A DNA stretch of 64,000 nt from Octopus sinensis (taxonomy: Eukaryota): contig NC_043013.1 of NCBI RefSeq assembly GCF_006345805.1, forward strand, positions 930,001 through 994,000, in the 5' to 3' direction. A program made the position numbers and the translations under genes. The notes beneath the pieces are model-generated. The model searched no databases and had not been told where the DNA came from. It was given only the letters and a program-made list of their open reading frames with translations. Positions 1-11,476 of this stretch are shown in pieces (position 1 is the first letter of the stretch; each line of letters begins with the position of its first letter).

Positions 1-2633
1 GAAGCACAATGGGCAGAAATTCGATCCAGGACTGTGGGTCCGAAGAGGCACGAAGAGCGGCCTTGAGCTGTCTATGGAACCGCTCAACCAATCCATTAGA
101 CGCTGGATGGTAGCTTGTGGTGTGGATATGGTGCATACCCAAATTCGCGACAATTCGCGAAATAGCGAGGCCTCAAACTGTCGTCCACGATCAGTTGTCA
201 ATCGGGACGGGACTCCGAAGCGAGAAATCCAGTTTGAAACGAAAGCTCGCGCAACAGTCTCAGCAGAAATGTCTGCTATCGAATGGCTTCTGGCCAGCGG
301 GAGAAACGATCGACACAAGTTAATAGATAAGAGAACCCGCGACTCACAGGCCATGGTCCAACCAGATCGATGTGGACATGGCGAAAACGGGCCTCCGTGG
401 GGGGAAATTGTCCAAGCGGGGCACGAACGTGCCGTTGAATCTTGGATCGTTGACACTTGGAGCAGGTGCGTGTCCAACAAGTAATTGTGCGACGCATATT
501 CGGCCAGAAAAACCGAGCAGTGATTAATTTGAGGGTGGCAGCGATGCCAGGATGTGATAAGGAGTGCAGTGCTTCAAACCTGAGCGTTGATGGGTCTCAG
601 GCACCAGTGGCCTGGGAGATCCAGTTGAAGTGTCACAAAGAATGGTGCCTTCGGCTGACGGAAGCGGAAGGTAGGAAAACTGGCAACAGGAGAACTTGGG
701 AGAAGTTAAATCTAACGACGCCAAAGGTGGCTGCTCCTGCGATATGGCAGCTAAGTCGATAGCAGCAGGAGACGAAAGGGCGCAAACTGGAAGGCGAGAG
801 AGAGCGTCAGCAGGAACGTTCTCTTTTCCAGGTATGTGTCGAATGTTGCTAGTAAATTGAGAGATAAAATCCAGGTGCCGAAAAGCACGGGGTGAGAGTT
901 TGTCCGTTTTTGAAAACAGGGCAAACGTAAGGGGCTTGTGATCCGTATAGATCACAAAATCTCGCCCTTCAAGTTGATGCCGGAAATGACGAACCGATAG
1001 ATAGATCGCTAGGAGCTCACGATCAAAGGTGCTGTATCGTCGTTCACTGGTTGCAGTTGACGGGAAAAGAAGGCTAGAGGTCGAACATGGTCATCCACTG
1101 TGTGTTGTAACACAGCGCCAATCGCAGTGTCCGATGCGTCCACAGTCAAAGAGAGAAAAGCACCAGGAACTGGATGTGCAAGCAAAGAAACAGAAGCCAG
1201 CTCCTTCTTAATGGACTCAAAGGCTGTCACTGCCTCAACAGAGAGGGTGACTTGACTGTCCTTTCTAGGAGAGTCCTTTAACAGCCTGGTGAGAGGTAGC
1301 AGCTTATCTGCACAACCGGGAATGAAGCGTCGGTAGAAATTGACCATCCCTAGATAATGCCTGAGCTGGCGCAAGGAAGTGGGGGGTGCGATGCGTTGAA
1401 TGGCATCGACTTTTGACGAGAGGGGCTGATTCCAGTCGAATCAATATGATGCCCTAGAAAATCTAGGGAAGAGCGTCCGAAAACACACTTGTCGGGGTTT
1501 ATGCGTATGCTATACGCGCGAAGACGCTGGAAGAGTTGAGAAAGGTGCCGGAGATGATTTTCTCGTGTGTCGCTCGCAATGAGTATGTCATCGACATAGG
1601 CAAACACAAAATCAAGACCGCGGACAACCTCATCAATGAAACGCTGGAAAGTGCTAGTAGCATTCCGCAAACCGAAACTCATGTACAAAAACTCAAAACA
1701 CCCAAACGGGGTAGTGATTGCAGTTTTTGGAACGTCGGCTGGGTTGACCGGTATTTGGTGGTAAGCGCGTATCAGATCGACCTTCGAAAAAATGGTACAA
1801 CCATGGAGATTTGCTGTAAAGTCCCGGAGATTTCTAATCGGATAGCGATCGGCTATTGTGACGGCATTGAGGCGTCGATAGTCTCCAACCGGGCGAAAAT
1901 CAGACTCGCCCTTTCGCGCCAAATGAAGGGGAGATGCCCATGGGCTGGTGGAGGGGCGTATAATGCCAAGTTGAAGCATGTGCTCAAACTCGGCTCTGGC
2001 CGTTTTAAGTCGGTCTGGCGCTAGGCGCCGGGGGCGTGAGAATACAGGTGGCCCATTGGTGGTGATGAAATGGAGGGTCGAGTGGGTAGGATTTTCCGGT
2101 TTAAAGGCAATGTCCACTAGCTCCGGAAATGAAACCAAAAGAGAGTGAAATGGGTCTCCAGAGGTGGCAACAAAGAATGTCGGGCTAAGGACCGCAGTGG
2201 TGGAACTCCCAGTCGGTGTAGAGAGCGACGTCGTGCTATCAAGAAGCCTCCGACGCCTGACATCCACCAATAGGTTAAACCTATTCAGGAAATCAGCGCC
2301 GAGAATAGGATGTGGGATGTCAGCGATGACGAAAACCCATCGAAAGTCTCGGCGAAGGTTGAGGTTGAGGCGCAGCGAAATCTGACCGTAAGTGGTTATG
2401 GGAGACGAGTCAATAGCATGCAAGACAATCGAAGAGCGCTTCGGCTTGTCTGCAGCCAGACGAAGGGGCCAGATGCTGCAACAGGAACCGGTGTCTACCA
2501 TGAAGAATGTCTTCGACACCAGATCTTTTACATAGAATGCACGATGTTTGGGAAACGAGATGGAAGAAGGTGACGTGCTCACCTCCTCCGGATTTAGTTT
2601 TCCGAGGGCTTGAAAGTGCACGGCTGGGTACAC
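1..2633 (-). pseudogene. pol: gypsy pol (PR-RT-RH-INT), frameshifted
   Basis: ORFs 1350-2633, 1009-1374, 524-955 and 276-497 carry consecutive pol motifs in different frames. Confidence 0.92.
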
Positions 2634-3143
2634 CGATCTGCCCTTTTGGTAGAGCGACTACGACTGCGTTGTCGGCGCTCGATCGCACGGATAGATCGTC
2701 GATTCGCCGCGTGAGCGCATCAATCCGCTCGGCTAGTGAAATTTGCGCAGGGCCCCCTATACATGCACAGAGGCCTCGCGATGGAGATGGATTCGGAAAT
2801 TCCAGTATTCCATCGGCCATCGTGGCAATCTGATATTGCTCTCCCCCGAACGTGTGTTGCGGCGGAGGATTTCTGCTTTCACAGACGCGTATGTGGCATC
2901 CGGGTGGGGACTTATTATTAGATCCCTGATCGATGCGGCGAGTCGGGGATGTAAGCCGGAATATAGCAGGTGCAACTGCTGCTGTGGAGAAATGGCATGT
3001 GCAACAAAATACCACTCCACTTGGGCAAACCACAGGCCCATCCCCCCCCCGTAAATGAAGGCAAACCTGAAGCCATGCCTTTGTCGGAAGGAATCTGTGA
3101 GAAGGGGGGTAACGTGAAAGGATCTATCCTGTTCTTTTTTCAA
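2600..3143 (-). pseudogene. gag: gypsy gag remnant with internal deletion
   Basis: WFAQVEWYF...IRDLII...YASVKAEILRR N-terminal gag motif; C-terminal ADRCTQPCTFKPSEN* motif retained in another frame. Confidence 0.75.
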
Positions 3144-3146
3144 CTA

Positions 3147-3156
3147 GGGGTCACCA
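3147..3156 (-). promoter_or_regulatory. Primer binding site complementary to the tRNA-Trp 3' end
   Basis: TGGTGACCCC lies immediately downstream of the LTR and is complementary to the GGGGUCACCA end of eukaryotic tRNA-Trp. Confidence 0.8.
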
Positions 3157-3158
3157 AT

Positions 3159-3572
3159 TGTAACGTGAAAGGATCTATCATCGAAGCACTGGCAGGGTGT
3201 CGAGATCCTTTCTAGTCACATACAAAAATTCTTGTAGAAAACAACAGACGAAACTCAGGTTAAAGGTGAACAGACAACTTGGTTTATTGATTCATGGTTG
3301 TACGTTGTCTGATGGGGGAATAGACAGCCTCTGATTACTGCTGGTGTTGGTCGTTGAGGTTGGTTGAAGTTGGTTGAAGTTGGTGTGTGGCTGTCAGAGC
3401 CAGGAAAACCGTGACCGATCGCAGTGCTGTCTTGAGCCGAAGAGAGAGATTTGAGGTTCGCGGGCTCGAGAGATGTTTTCCCGCACATGCGCATGGGGAA
3501 GACTTCCGGTGCCACCCGAAGTAGTCCCATTCTGCGCATGCGCGCCGAACCCTACACTGTAGCATCACTACA
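3159..3572 (-). repeat. 5' LTR of the gypsy element (414 bp)
   Basis: On the minus strand it begins TGTAG at 3572 and ends GTTACA at 3159, 2 nt before the PBS. It contains AATAAA at 3283-3288. Confidence 0.85.
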
Positions 3573-3701
3573 CATATATACCGGTGTTTCCTTCTTTCTT
3601 TGTCTTTTGTTGTTGTTTTAGTAGAGCTGTGTCAAGATTTTCTTGATTGTGGTGGTAGTGGTAAGTGGTTGTTTTGTTAATGTTGTTGTAACATTTGTAG
3701 G

Positions 3702-5519
3702 TTACGGAAGTATTTCAATCATAATGTCCGGGCTGGGTGTTAAGTGAGAAGATTGACACATCCGAAAGAAATTGACTTTGCATCCTTTCATATTTCGCCA
3801 ACCATCCAAAATGCCCCGTGGTCGATTGTTGTCGGTTCGCAGATGGTCAACATCACATTGACCATCAATTATCCACATCGAACGAAAACGTGCAAATGGA
3901 AATGTAGAGAGAGATCGTTTGTATATAAGTGGTGTGACTAATATTTCAGTCACACTACGTTTACTCAAAATATTAATGATGGCCGCTCCACCATCGTAAT
4001 AGTTCACTTTCAATCGAACTCTGTCTTTAATTACCTCCATAATTTGAATTCTTGTGATTTCAGACACAGGACGGTAATCGCTTAAGTTACTTTGTCCAAT
4101 GATTACAGAAGACCCGAACGGAATCCAATCGACTTCTTCTGGGGGAAGTGGTAAAGTGCGCGAGTTACCATCTTGATATAAGACGAAAATTTGGTGGAAG
4201 TTAGCCGTCGTCGGGACACGTCTATAGATGACAACAAAATCTATGTTGGGAAAATATTTGTTTTTATAGTTGATAAGGATTGTCTTAGGTCGGCGCCACC
4301 AAAAATCTACATTGACTCCTTTTATGATGATGTCATCGTCTTTATAAATGTAGCTTTGTTTCTCTCCGCGTTCATTTCTTCTTGAAAGCTGAATATATTT
4401 AATGTTAATTGTTTGGTCAGAAGCGCTTGCTATTCTACAACTGATGGCATTCCACTGGTGTTCAGACCATGTGTAATCTGGTATCCCCCATGTCTGGTTC
4501 CGATGACCTGGTGTTATTAAATAACTAATGCTCGGAGAAAGGTGTCCACCTCTTATAGTATAGGAACAGCCAACTGAGAAATGTCCTTCAACATTTGTAA
4601 AATGCATATCCAGAACTGATCCCACATCAGAATCAATTAAACCTTCAGCTTTTCCTTTCAGATTAAATTCAATTTTGAAAACGAAAGGAATTTTTTTCTT
4701 TATTCTAAATTTAAATGACATCAGAGTCGATCGAAGTGAAGAATCTGTTTTTTCTTTTTCGCTTAGCCTCCACAACAACGACGGACTTAAATTTTCGCAG
4801 TTTTTAAATTCTGCATGTTTTAGATTTAGTGAAGTGTTGTACTTCGGGTAGGAAGCCACAATTCGATATTTGAGAATATTTGGGTGAAAAAGTGCAATAT
4901 CGATATTATCTTGCTCAGCACACAAAGTTGGAAAACTTCGTTGAACCAATTCCATATTACTCCTTGCAGAGCACTGAAGTTTTTCTTTCGTAGAATCGAA
5001 ATTCGCCAGGCATTGTAAATAACACGCCAAAATAGATTCTCCAACAGTAGTATCGTTTGTCTCAATATTCACAGAGTCAATTTCAATGCCATATTTATCG
5101 GAATTATGTACGAATAACTCAAGATGATGTACCCCTGTTTCAAGCACCATACTTTCAGTAATTCTGTCTGAGATGTAGAAATTGTTCCACAACACACCAT
5201 ATTTAGAATTCGTCTTTGAGGTAAAATTTCCTATAGGTATACCATCCAATGTTGCTATAATGTTATCAGAAAATCCGTCATTGGAATAACAGATGCTGGC
5301 TATTGAATAAAACGCAGTTCGTCTTACACAAAGCGATAAGTTCAGTGTGTCTCCTTCGTTTAACAGGACAGTCTTCTTATCAGTTGCTCCGGCTCTGTGC
5401 ATTATTTTGTGGTGCTTGTCGGCCCATTTTGATACAACCAGAGGCACCAAATGTTGTGCCAGAGTTATATAAGCAAACAGAACCAGCAATATCAACCTCA
5501 CGACCATCTTCCAGACCAT
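3702..5519 (-). CDS. Intronless secreted protein A (about 605 aa), CBM6/CBM35-like N-terminal domain plus unassigned C-terminal region
   Basis: Long uninterrupted ORF in repeat-rich DNA. First ATG at 5519 gives the signal peptide MVWKMVVRLILLVLFAYITLA. Colinear homology over the full length with ORF 21640-23460 (QRSFPTxCAEQDNIDIA, GVNVDFWWRRPKT, LYQDGNxRTLP, PFGSSVIxG, FRSMWIxDG). Confidence 0.9.
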   Translation of the reverse strand: MVWKMVVRLILLVLFAYITLAQHLVPLVVSKWADKHHKIMHRAGATDKKTVLLNEGDTLNLSLCVRRTAFYSIASICYSNDGFSDNIIATLDGIPIGNFTSKTNSKYGVLWNNFYISDRITESMVLETGVHHLELFVHNSDKYGIEIDSVNIETNDTTVGESILACYLQCLANFDSTKEKLQCSARSNMELVQRSFPTLCAEQDNIDIALFHPNILKYRIVASYPKYNTSLNLKHAEFKNCENLSPSLLWRLSEKEKTDSSLRSTLMSFKFRIKKKIPFVFKIEFNLKGKAEGLIDSDVGSVLDMHFTNVEGHFSVGCSYTIRGGHLSPSISYLITPGHRNQTWGIPDYTWSEHQWNAISCRIASASDQTINIKYIQLSRRNERGEKQSYIYKDDDIIIKGVNVDFWWRRPKTILINYKNKYFPNIDFVVIYRRVPTTANFHQIFVLYQDGNSRTLPLPPEEVDWIPFGSSVIIGQSNLSDYRPVSEITRIQIMEVIKDRVRLKVNYYDGGAAIINILSKRSVTEILVTPLIYKRSLSTFPFARFRSMWIIDGQCDVDHLRTDNNRPRGILDGWRNMKGCKVNFFRMCQSSHLTPSPDIMIEILP

Positions 5520-6059
5520 TTTATGGAAGAGAGAGAGAAGAAAAGAGGTGGAAAAGAGCAATCAGTAAATGACAAAGAGAACAGTTATCTCTAAAAGAAA
5601 CAGGAATATTTTAGCACCTTTCATTTTTACGTCTACATTAATTGTTGCACAGCTACAGCAAGCTTTTTGCCAGAGAACAAAAATAAGCTTTAGCTAAAGT
5701 ACTAAAACGACTCTAGTCATTGTACTTTACTGGAGTAGATTTGAGCAATTCCTTAGCCCGGTGCAATAGACTGGCCTTGTTTGTGATTATACAGTAATGA
5801 AGTGTTCTTGTTACTTTCATTGAAGTGGAACCATTTGATTGATGCTTTCTAACCGTTGACATTTAACTCATTGATTAACTTAACTCGTTAGGAAACTTCG
5901 TTGAACTAATTCCATGTTATCTGTGAAAGAACAATGGTAAGTGTCCCTCTTCCCATTCTTTTTCAAATGCCTTATTCTATGATGTCACGTGCCCTGCAAC
6001 AAATTTTTTTTTATTGTATCTTGTCATGTAATCAATAGAATTTTATAGCAAATCCTTCG

Positions 6060-6316
6060 TTTCAAACATACGTGGATTTATGGTCTCTGTTCGACGCGTT
6101 CGGTCATCTAGTGCGAAAACGAAAATCCGATGAGCGCGCGCTTCACTTCTTTACTGTAGACACAACAGCCAGGAACTGACGCGGCTTACCGGCGCGAAAA
6201 TCTTCACGCATGCGGAGGAAGGGTGGCGTCACCTCTCACGCAAACGATTTTGCCCACTTCACATTAGTTCTGGTGGGGCAAAAATAGAGTGGTATACTTT
6301 TTCAACGCACCTTGTG
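6060..6316 (-). mobile_element. Mariner-like 5' end fragment
   Basis: TIR-like ACAAGGTGCGTTGAAAAAGTA followed by a decayed transposase start (MTERVEQR...). Confidence 0.5.
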
Positions 6317-6321
6317 TTTGT

Positions 6322-6720
6322 ATACATACATACATACATACATACATACATACATACATACATACATACATACATACATACATACATACGTGCATACATA
6401 CGTGCATACGTACATAAATACATACATACGTGCATACATACATACTATACATACATACATGCATACATACATACATACATACGTACATACATACATACGT
6501 GCATACATACGTGCATACGTACATAAATACATACATACGTGCATACATACATACTATACATACATGCATACATACATGCGTGCGTACGTACATACATACA
6601 TACACACATACATACATGCATACATGCATACATACATACATACATACATACATACATACATACATACATACATACATACATACATACATACATACGTGCA
6701 TACATACATACTATACATAC
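6322..6720. repeat. Compound (TACA)n microsatellite with an internal 109-bp-offset duplication
   Basis: Direct reading of the sequence. Confidence 0.95.
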
Positions 6721-6857
6721 ATATATGAGAGGTATTGGTATCCAGAAGACCCAAGATGGCAGGTAAGGCTTAAGTGCTACAGGTGTCCGTAGTTAGACTC
6801 TCGGTCCGATAATAATACGAGTGAGGAGTTTAATGCGGGTCTTGTTTGAGCAGCTTT

Positions 6858-8134
6858 ATGTTAAATGAAATGAAACAATAAAGCCAAAGCTGTGTGGAGT
6901 TTTTAAGACATTTATAAAGAAAAAGTTAGTCTTACAGCTGTTTCTGGGATATCAGGGATATCCCTTCATCAGAGACGACGTGAGAGAGCTAACAAGAGGT
7001 AGATAGTTCAAAATAAGGAGTTATTTTGTAAAAGGACAGATATAGGAAGTATAGAAGGAAATAAGAGAATAAAAATAAAAGTAAAAATATAATAGGATGT
7101 TACAGTTGTATATAAGTGTATGTGTGTGTATGAACGCGTGTATGCAGATATGCGTATGGGTATAGGTACATAAGTATGCGGGACCATATAATAGTACATA
7201 TACACATTTATATGTATATGTGTGCGCATGTGTGTATTTCTATATGCACATCTTTCGTTCTGTCTCTGATTCATTAGCCCCCACTATCACTTTAACTAGT
7301 ACAATAAATACCTACGACCACTTTTAGAAATTTGACCATATCTTATTATTCATCCTTTCACTTTTGAGGTTTTCTACTCACTTTATTAAACCTCCATAGT
7401 TTTCCTTTACCTATCTCCCCACCTTAGAGCCTTTCAAATATATCACCCCATCTCCCACTTCTCACACATATTCCTACCTTACATTCTTATCCCTTCCTTC
7501 TATCCCTCTCCCTATTCCTTTTATCCTGATAGCTCTCCTCTGCCACCTACTCACAATATCTTGACCACCATCTAGCACTCCTTTTTTCATTTCTTCTTCC
7601 ACTTCCTTTCTTCTTTCCTTCCCTATTCCTTTTGACTAATACCATTCTCCTCCTAACATACATATCTATTCTATTCTCTCTATCTACTTACTCCTATCAC
7701 TACATTCTCAAAATTTCATTCACACCACAAGACCCTTTGAATGAACAGCACATGGAATTTATGTCTCCACACCATCCATTTGTAATAACAAAATATGAAC
7801 TCCAATTGGAATCTACATACCATGCACAAGAAGTATTTCTACCCATTTTACACAGCATTTTCCTCGGATAATGGAACTACAACTGTAACATCCTACATAT
7901 ATTTTTATTTTTACCTTTATTCTCTTATTTCCCTTTATACTTCCTTTATCCCTCCTTTTCCAAAATAACTCCTTATATTGAACTTTACTATTTCCCTCTA
8001 GTTAACTCTCTTACATCATCTCTGAAAGGGATATCCCTAATATCCCAGAAACAGCTGTAAAACTACCTTTCTCTTTATAAATGTCCTATAAATTCCACAC
8101 AGCCTTAGTTATGCTGTCTCATTTTATTTAACAT
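6858..8134 (+). mobile_element. Penelope-like element remnant with inverted pLTR-like arms (6858-7110 and 7878-8134)
   Basis: Diverged inverted repeat of about 250 bp; each arm carries a hammerhead-type core. An inverted partial pLTR is typical of PLE insertions. Confidence 0.7.
6929..6976 (-). ncRNA. Minimal type I hammerhead ribozyme motif (PLE type)
   Basis: GTCT-CTGATGA-A-GGGATATC(CCT)GATATCCC-A-GAA-ACAGCTGT-A-AGAC. Stem I is GTCT/AGAC, stem II is 8 bp, stem III is palindromic, and the cleavage triplet is GUA. Confidence 0.7.
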
Positions 8135-8590
8135 GCATACATACATGTATACATACATGCATACATACATACATACATACATACATACATACATACATAC
8201 ATACATACATACATACATACATACATACGTAAAGAATTCATGTTTTTATTTCTTTAAGAAATATTGTTTAATTCTGTTTGATTATTTATTAAAAATATGT
8301 ATGTATTTAACTATTATTAGATTAAGTTTAAATTTAATTGTAATTCGAATTGAAGTTATAGCCACGAAACGTACGTAGTCTTGTTACTTATTATATACTG
8401 TTTATTTATTATTATGTACTTTTTGTGATCTAGATAAATGTTTTATCATATATTTTATTTTTTTCTATATGGTATGTTTTATGTCTATCATTGTTTGAAT
8501 TATATAATAGTGGTTTTTCTCTAATATATATATATATATACGTATATGTATATATGTGTGTGTGTGTATTAATATGCATAACACACAAAC

Positions 8591-8940
<350 letters not shown>

Positions 8941-9666
8941 GAAGCACTGATAGAACCCATCAACTTACGACCCAGATGTACACAGGAAACTGAAATTAAA
9001 TTGTTGACTTTTCATTTCCTGTTTGTGGACAACAGTGCGTGTGTATACTCATGTACAATCGTGAATATTCATTAAATACACTTTTGTCCCGAATGTCATT
9101 TATGTATGACATTTGGGATTAATTTCGGGTGAGATTCTGTTGTAATTTTCTTAAGCACGTTTCAATGACAATTCAAACCATTTCCTTTTGACTATCTTGA
9201 AATTTTCATTGACAAATGAAAGTTATGTCCATGCCTGATAAGATTTGCCGTAGAAAGATTGTGTTACTATGCTGTTACTTTCCGTTTCTGAGTTCATTTC
9301 TCATCATGGTCGACATCCGCTTTCCTCACTCCTAAGTCAGTGAGTAAATTGGCAAAGGTGGGCACCGTTAATCGAAAAGTAAACTTCACGAACCGTTAAT
9401 CTGTTACCCAGAAAGTTAACTTCGATAACTATGAACCATTTAATTCTTTAAAAATGTAACGGAACTTATCGATTAACCGTTAACCGTTATTATCGATAAT
9501 TTTTATTACAGAAAAAAGAAAAAAAGAACGCAGTTTCTGCTCTAAAACCACACAAAAACACCTTTAAAAAGGACCCTTTAAAAAGGGCCAATTCAACTGA
9601 ATTGAAGCTAACGGATGTTAACTTAAGTTGACTTTAGTTGACAGAAGTTAAATGTAAAGGATGTTA

Positions 9667-10934
9667 CGAGGGGCGTTCAATAAGTAATGTCCCTGGCCCA
9701 CTTCCCATAGCAGTAGAGCAACGAAACTTGGCACAGTTATTAGTCTTTTTCTACATAGGAACCACCCAGAGTTACGCATTTCTCCCATCGTTTGATGCAG
9801 CTCTGGAGACCGTTTTTGTAGAAGACCCCAGCTTGGTCCTCCAACCTCAACGTGACTTCAGAAATCAAGGCTGCATCATCTGGGAAACGCTTTCCTTTCA
9901 AAAACAACTTCATGATTGGGAAGAGGTGAAAATCAGAGGGTGCAAGGTCAGGAAAGTAGGGGGGTGGGGGAGGAGTTCATAGCCGCACGCCTGTGCTTCT
10001 GATCTGGCGACAAGCGAGTTGTGGACCGGAGCGTTGTCCTGCAGGAGGAGGATGCCTTTGCTGATCTTGCCCCGCCTCTTGATTTTGATAGCTTCTCTTA
10101 ATTTCCTCAAAAGTGAAGCATAATAGGCTCCTGTAATTGTGGTACCCTTTGCCAGGAAATCTGTCATCACTACTCCGTCCTGGTCCCAGAAGACTGTGAG
10201 CATGACCTTGCCAGCGGAGGGCTGCACCCTTGCCTTCTTTGGAGGAGGTGAGTCACGGTGCTTCCACTGCATTGACTGGGCTTTGGTCTCTGGATCATAG
10301 TGATGGACCCAAGTTTCATCCTCTGTAATCAGTCTTCTAAAAAATTTTGACTCATCTTCTTGACACATCTCCAAATTCATCCTCGAGCACTCGACGCGTT
10401 CTTGCTTCTGGAAAGGTGTGAGCAACCTGGGAATCCATCTGGCAGACACCTTTTGCATATGCAAATGGTCATGAATGATAGTTTCCACAGACCCGGTACT
10501 AATCTTGACCTCATGGGCTATCTAGCGAATAGTTATACGTTGATCTTCCAAAATGGCAGCCTCAACTTGACGGACAGATGCCTCATCAATGGCAGAAGGG
10601 GGGCGACCAGATCTGGGAGCTGTTTCTACAGAGTTCCGACCATGTTTAAATTCACGATGCCAGCGTTTTACAAGGTCATATGATGGAGCATCATCACCAT
10701 AAGTTACTTTCATTTCATCAAAAGTCTCCCGTGGTGTGCGTCCTTTCAAATACAAAAACCGGATCACTGCTCGACACTCAACTGGCTCCATTTCACACTT
10801 GACTCTGTTCAAACACCTGTAAATCAGAAACCACAATTAGTTCAGAGCTGTAATTTGCCACTTAATCTATAGAGATATAGCTAGATCAAACAACTGCAAG
10901 TGGGTCAGAAGCATTACTTATTGAACGTCCCTCG
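9667..10934 (-). mobile_element. Full-length mariner (DD34D) transposon, 1268 bp
   Basis: 23-bp TIRs (CGAGGGGCGTTCAATAAGTAATG, one mismatch) flanked by TA on both sides; transposase motifs present. Confidence 0.95.
9740..10791 (-). pseudogene. Mariner transposase with one nonsense codon (10522-10524) and one frameshift (about 9965)
   Basis: MEPVECRAVIRFL start, LITEDETWVHHYDP and LLQDNAPVH motifs, and (Y)FPDLAPSDF after the frameshift in a C-run; stop at 9740-9742. Confidence 0.9.
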
Positions 10935-11173
10935 TAATTGGTTCGATATTGATTTCCAAAAGTTAAATCGTTAATAAAACCGTTAATTTCGTTAATTAAC
11001 GACTAACGGATTAACTGTTTGGTGTCCAGGTTTGTAAATTGGACACTAACCAAAGTCTGTTGAGCATCATGATAAAATGGAAGATTTGTCAGCGTACAGG
11101 GCAGAATGCGCTGTGAAATTGGTCTCGGCTTATTGCGCTCTAAGGTCGCAATCCAGGAATATCGGATGAGATG

Positions 11174-11476
11174 CTGTTACACATTCATATCTATGTGTAT
11201 ACGTAGGTATACGTGTGTAGAATATATCCCCACTTTTGGCACTATTTTGTTAGTAAACTGTACGAACTGTGTTTAAAGTATATATGTATTACTACGCCGA
11301 ATGTTGACAGTTCATGTAACAAGTAAAGTAAATAAACACGTAAAACAATAACAATGCCTTCGTTTGAGTTGTCTATCACCCATCGAGAACGAAACTACAC
11401 ATAACATGGTGGCAGCGGTGGGATGTATTCTACACACGTATACCTACGTATACACATAGATATGAATGTGTAACAG
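11174..11476. mobile_element. MITE-like element with perfect 51-bp terminal inverted repeats
   Basis: 11174-11224 is the exact reverse complement of 11426-11476; ATG flanks both sides. Confidence 0.65.

Larger units (their letters stand above)
1..3572 (-). mobile_element. Ty3/gypsy LTR retrotransposon (CsRn1/Boudicca-like), decayed, truncated by the left window edge
   Basis: Minus-strand order is LTR, PBS, gag, protease (FMVDTGSCCSI), RT (YVDDILI), RNase H (LTVDASDTAIGAVLQ, IYTDHKPL), integrase ([21 protein letters not shown], and [20 protein letters not shown] at about 40-120). pol is split over several frames by frameshifts. The tRNA-Trp PBS and gag type suggest the CsRn1 clade. Confidence 0.95.
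9353..11034. mobile_element. hAT-type non-autonomous element (MITE) interrupted by a mariner
   Basis: Imperfect TIRs CAAAGGTGGGCACC / GGTGTCCAGGTTTG and a perfect 8-bp TSD TAAATTGG (9345-9352 and 11035-11042). Confidence 0.75.
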
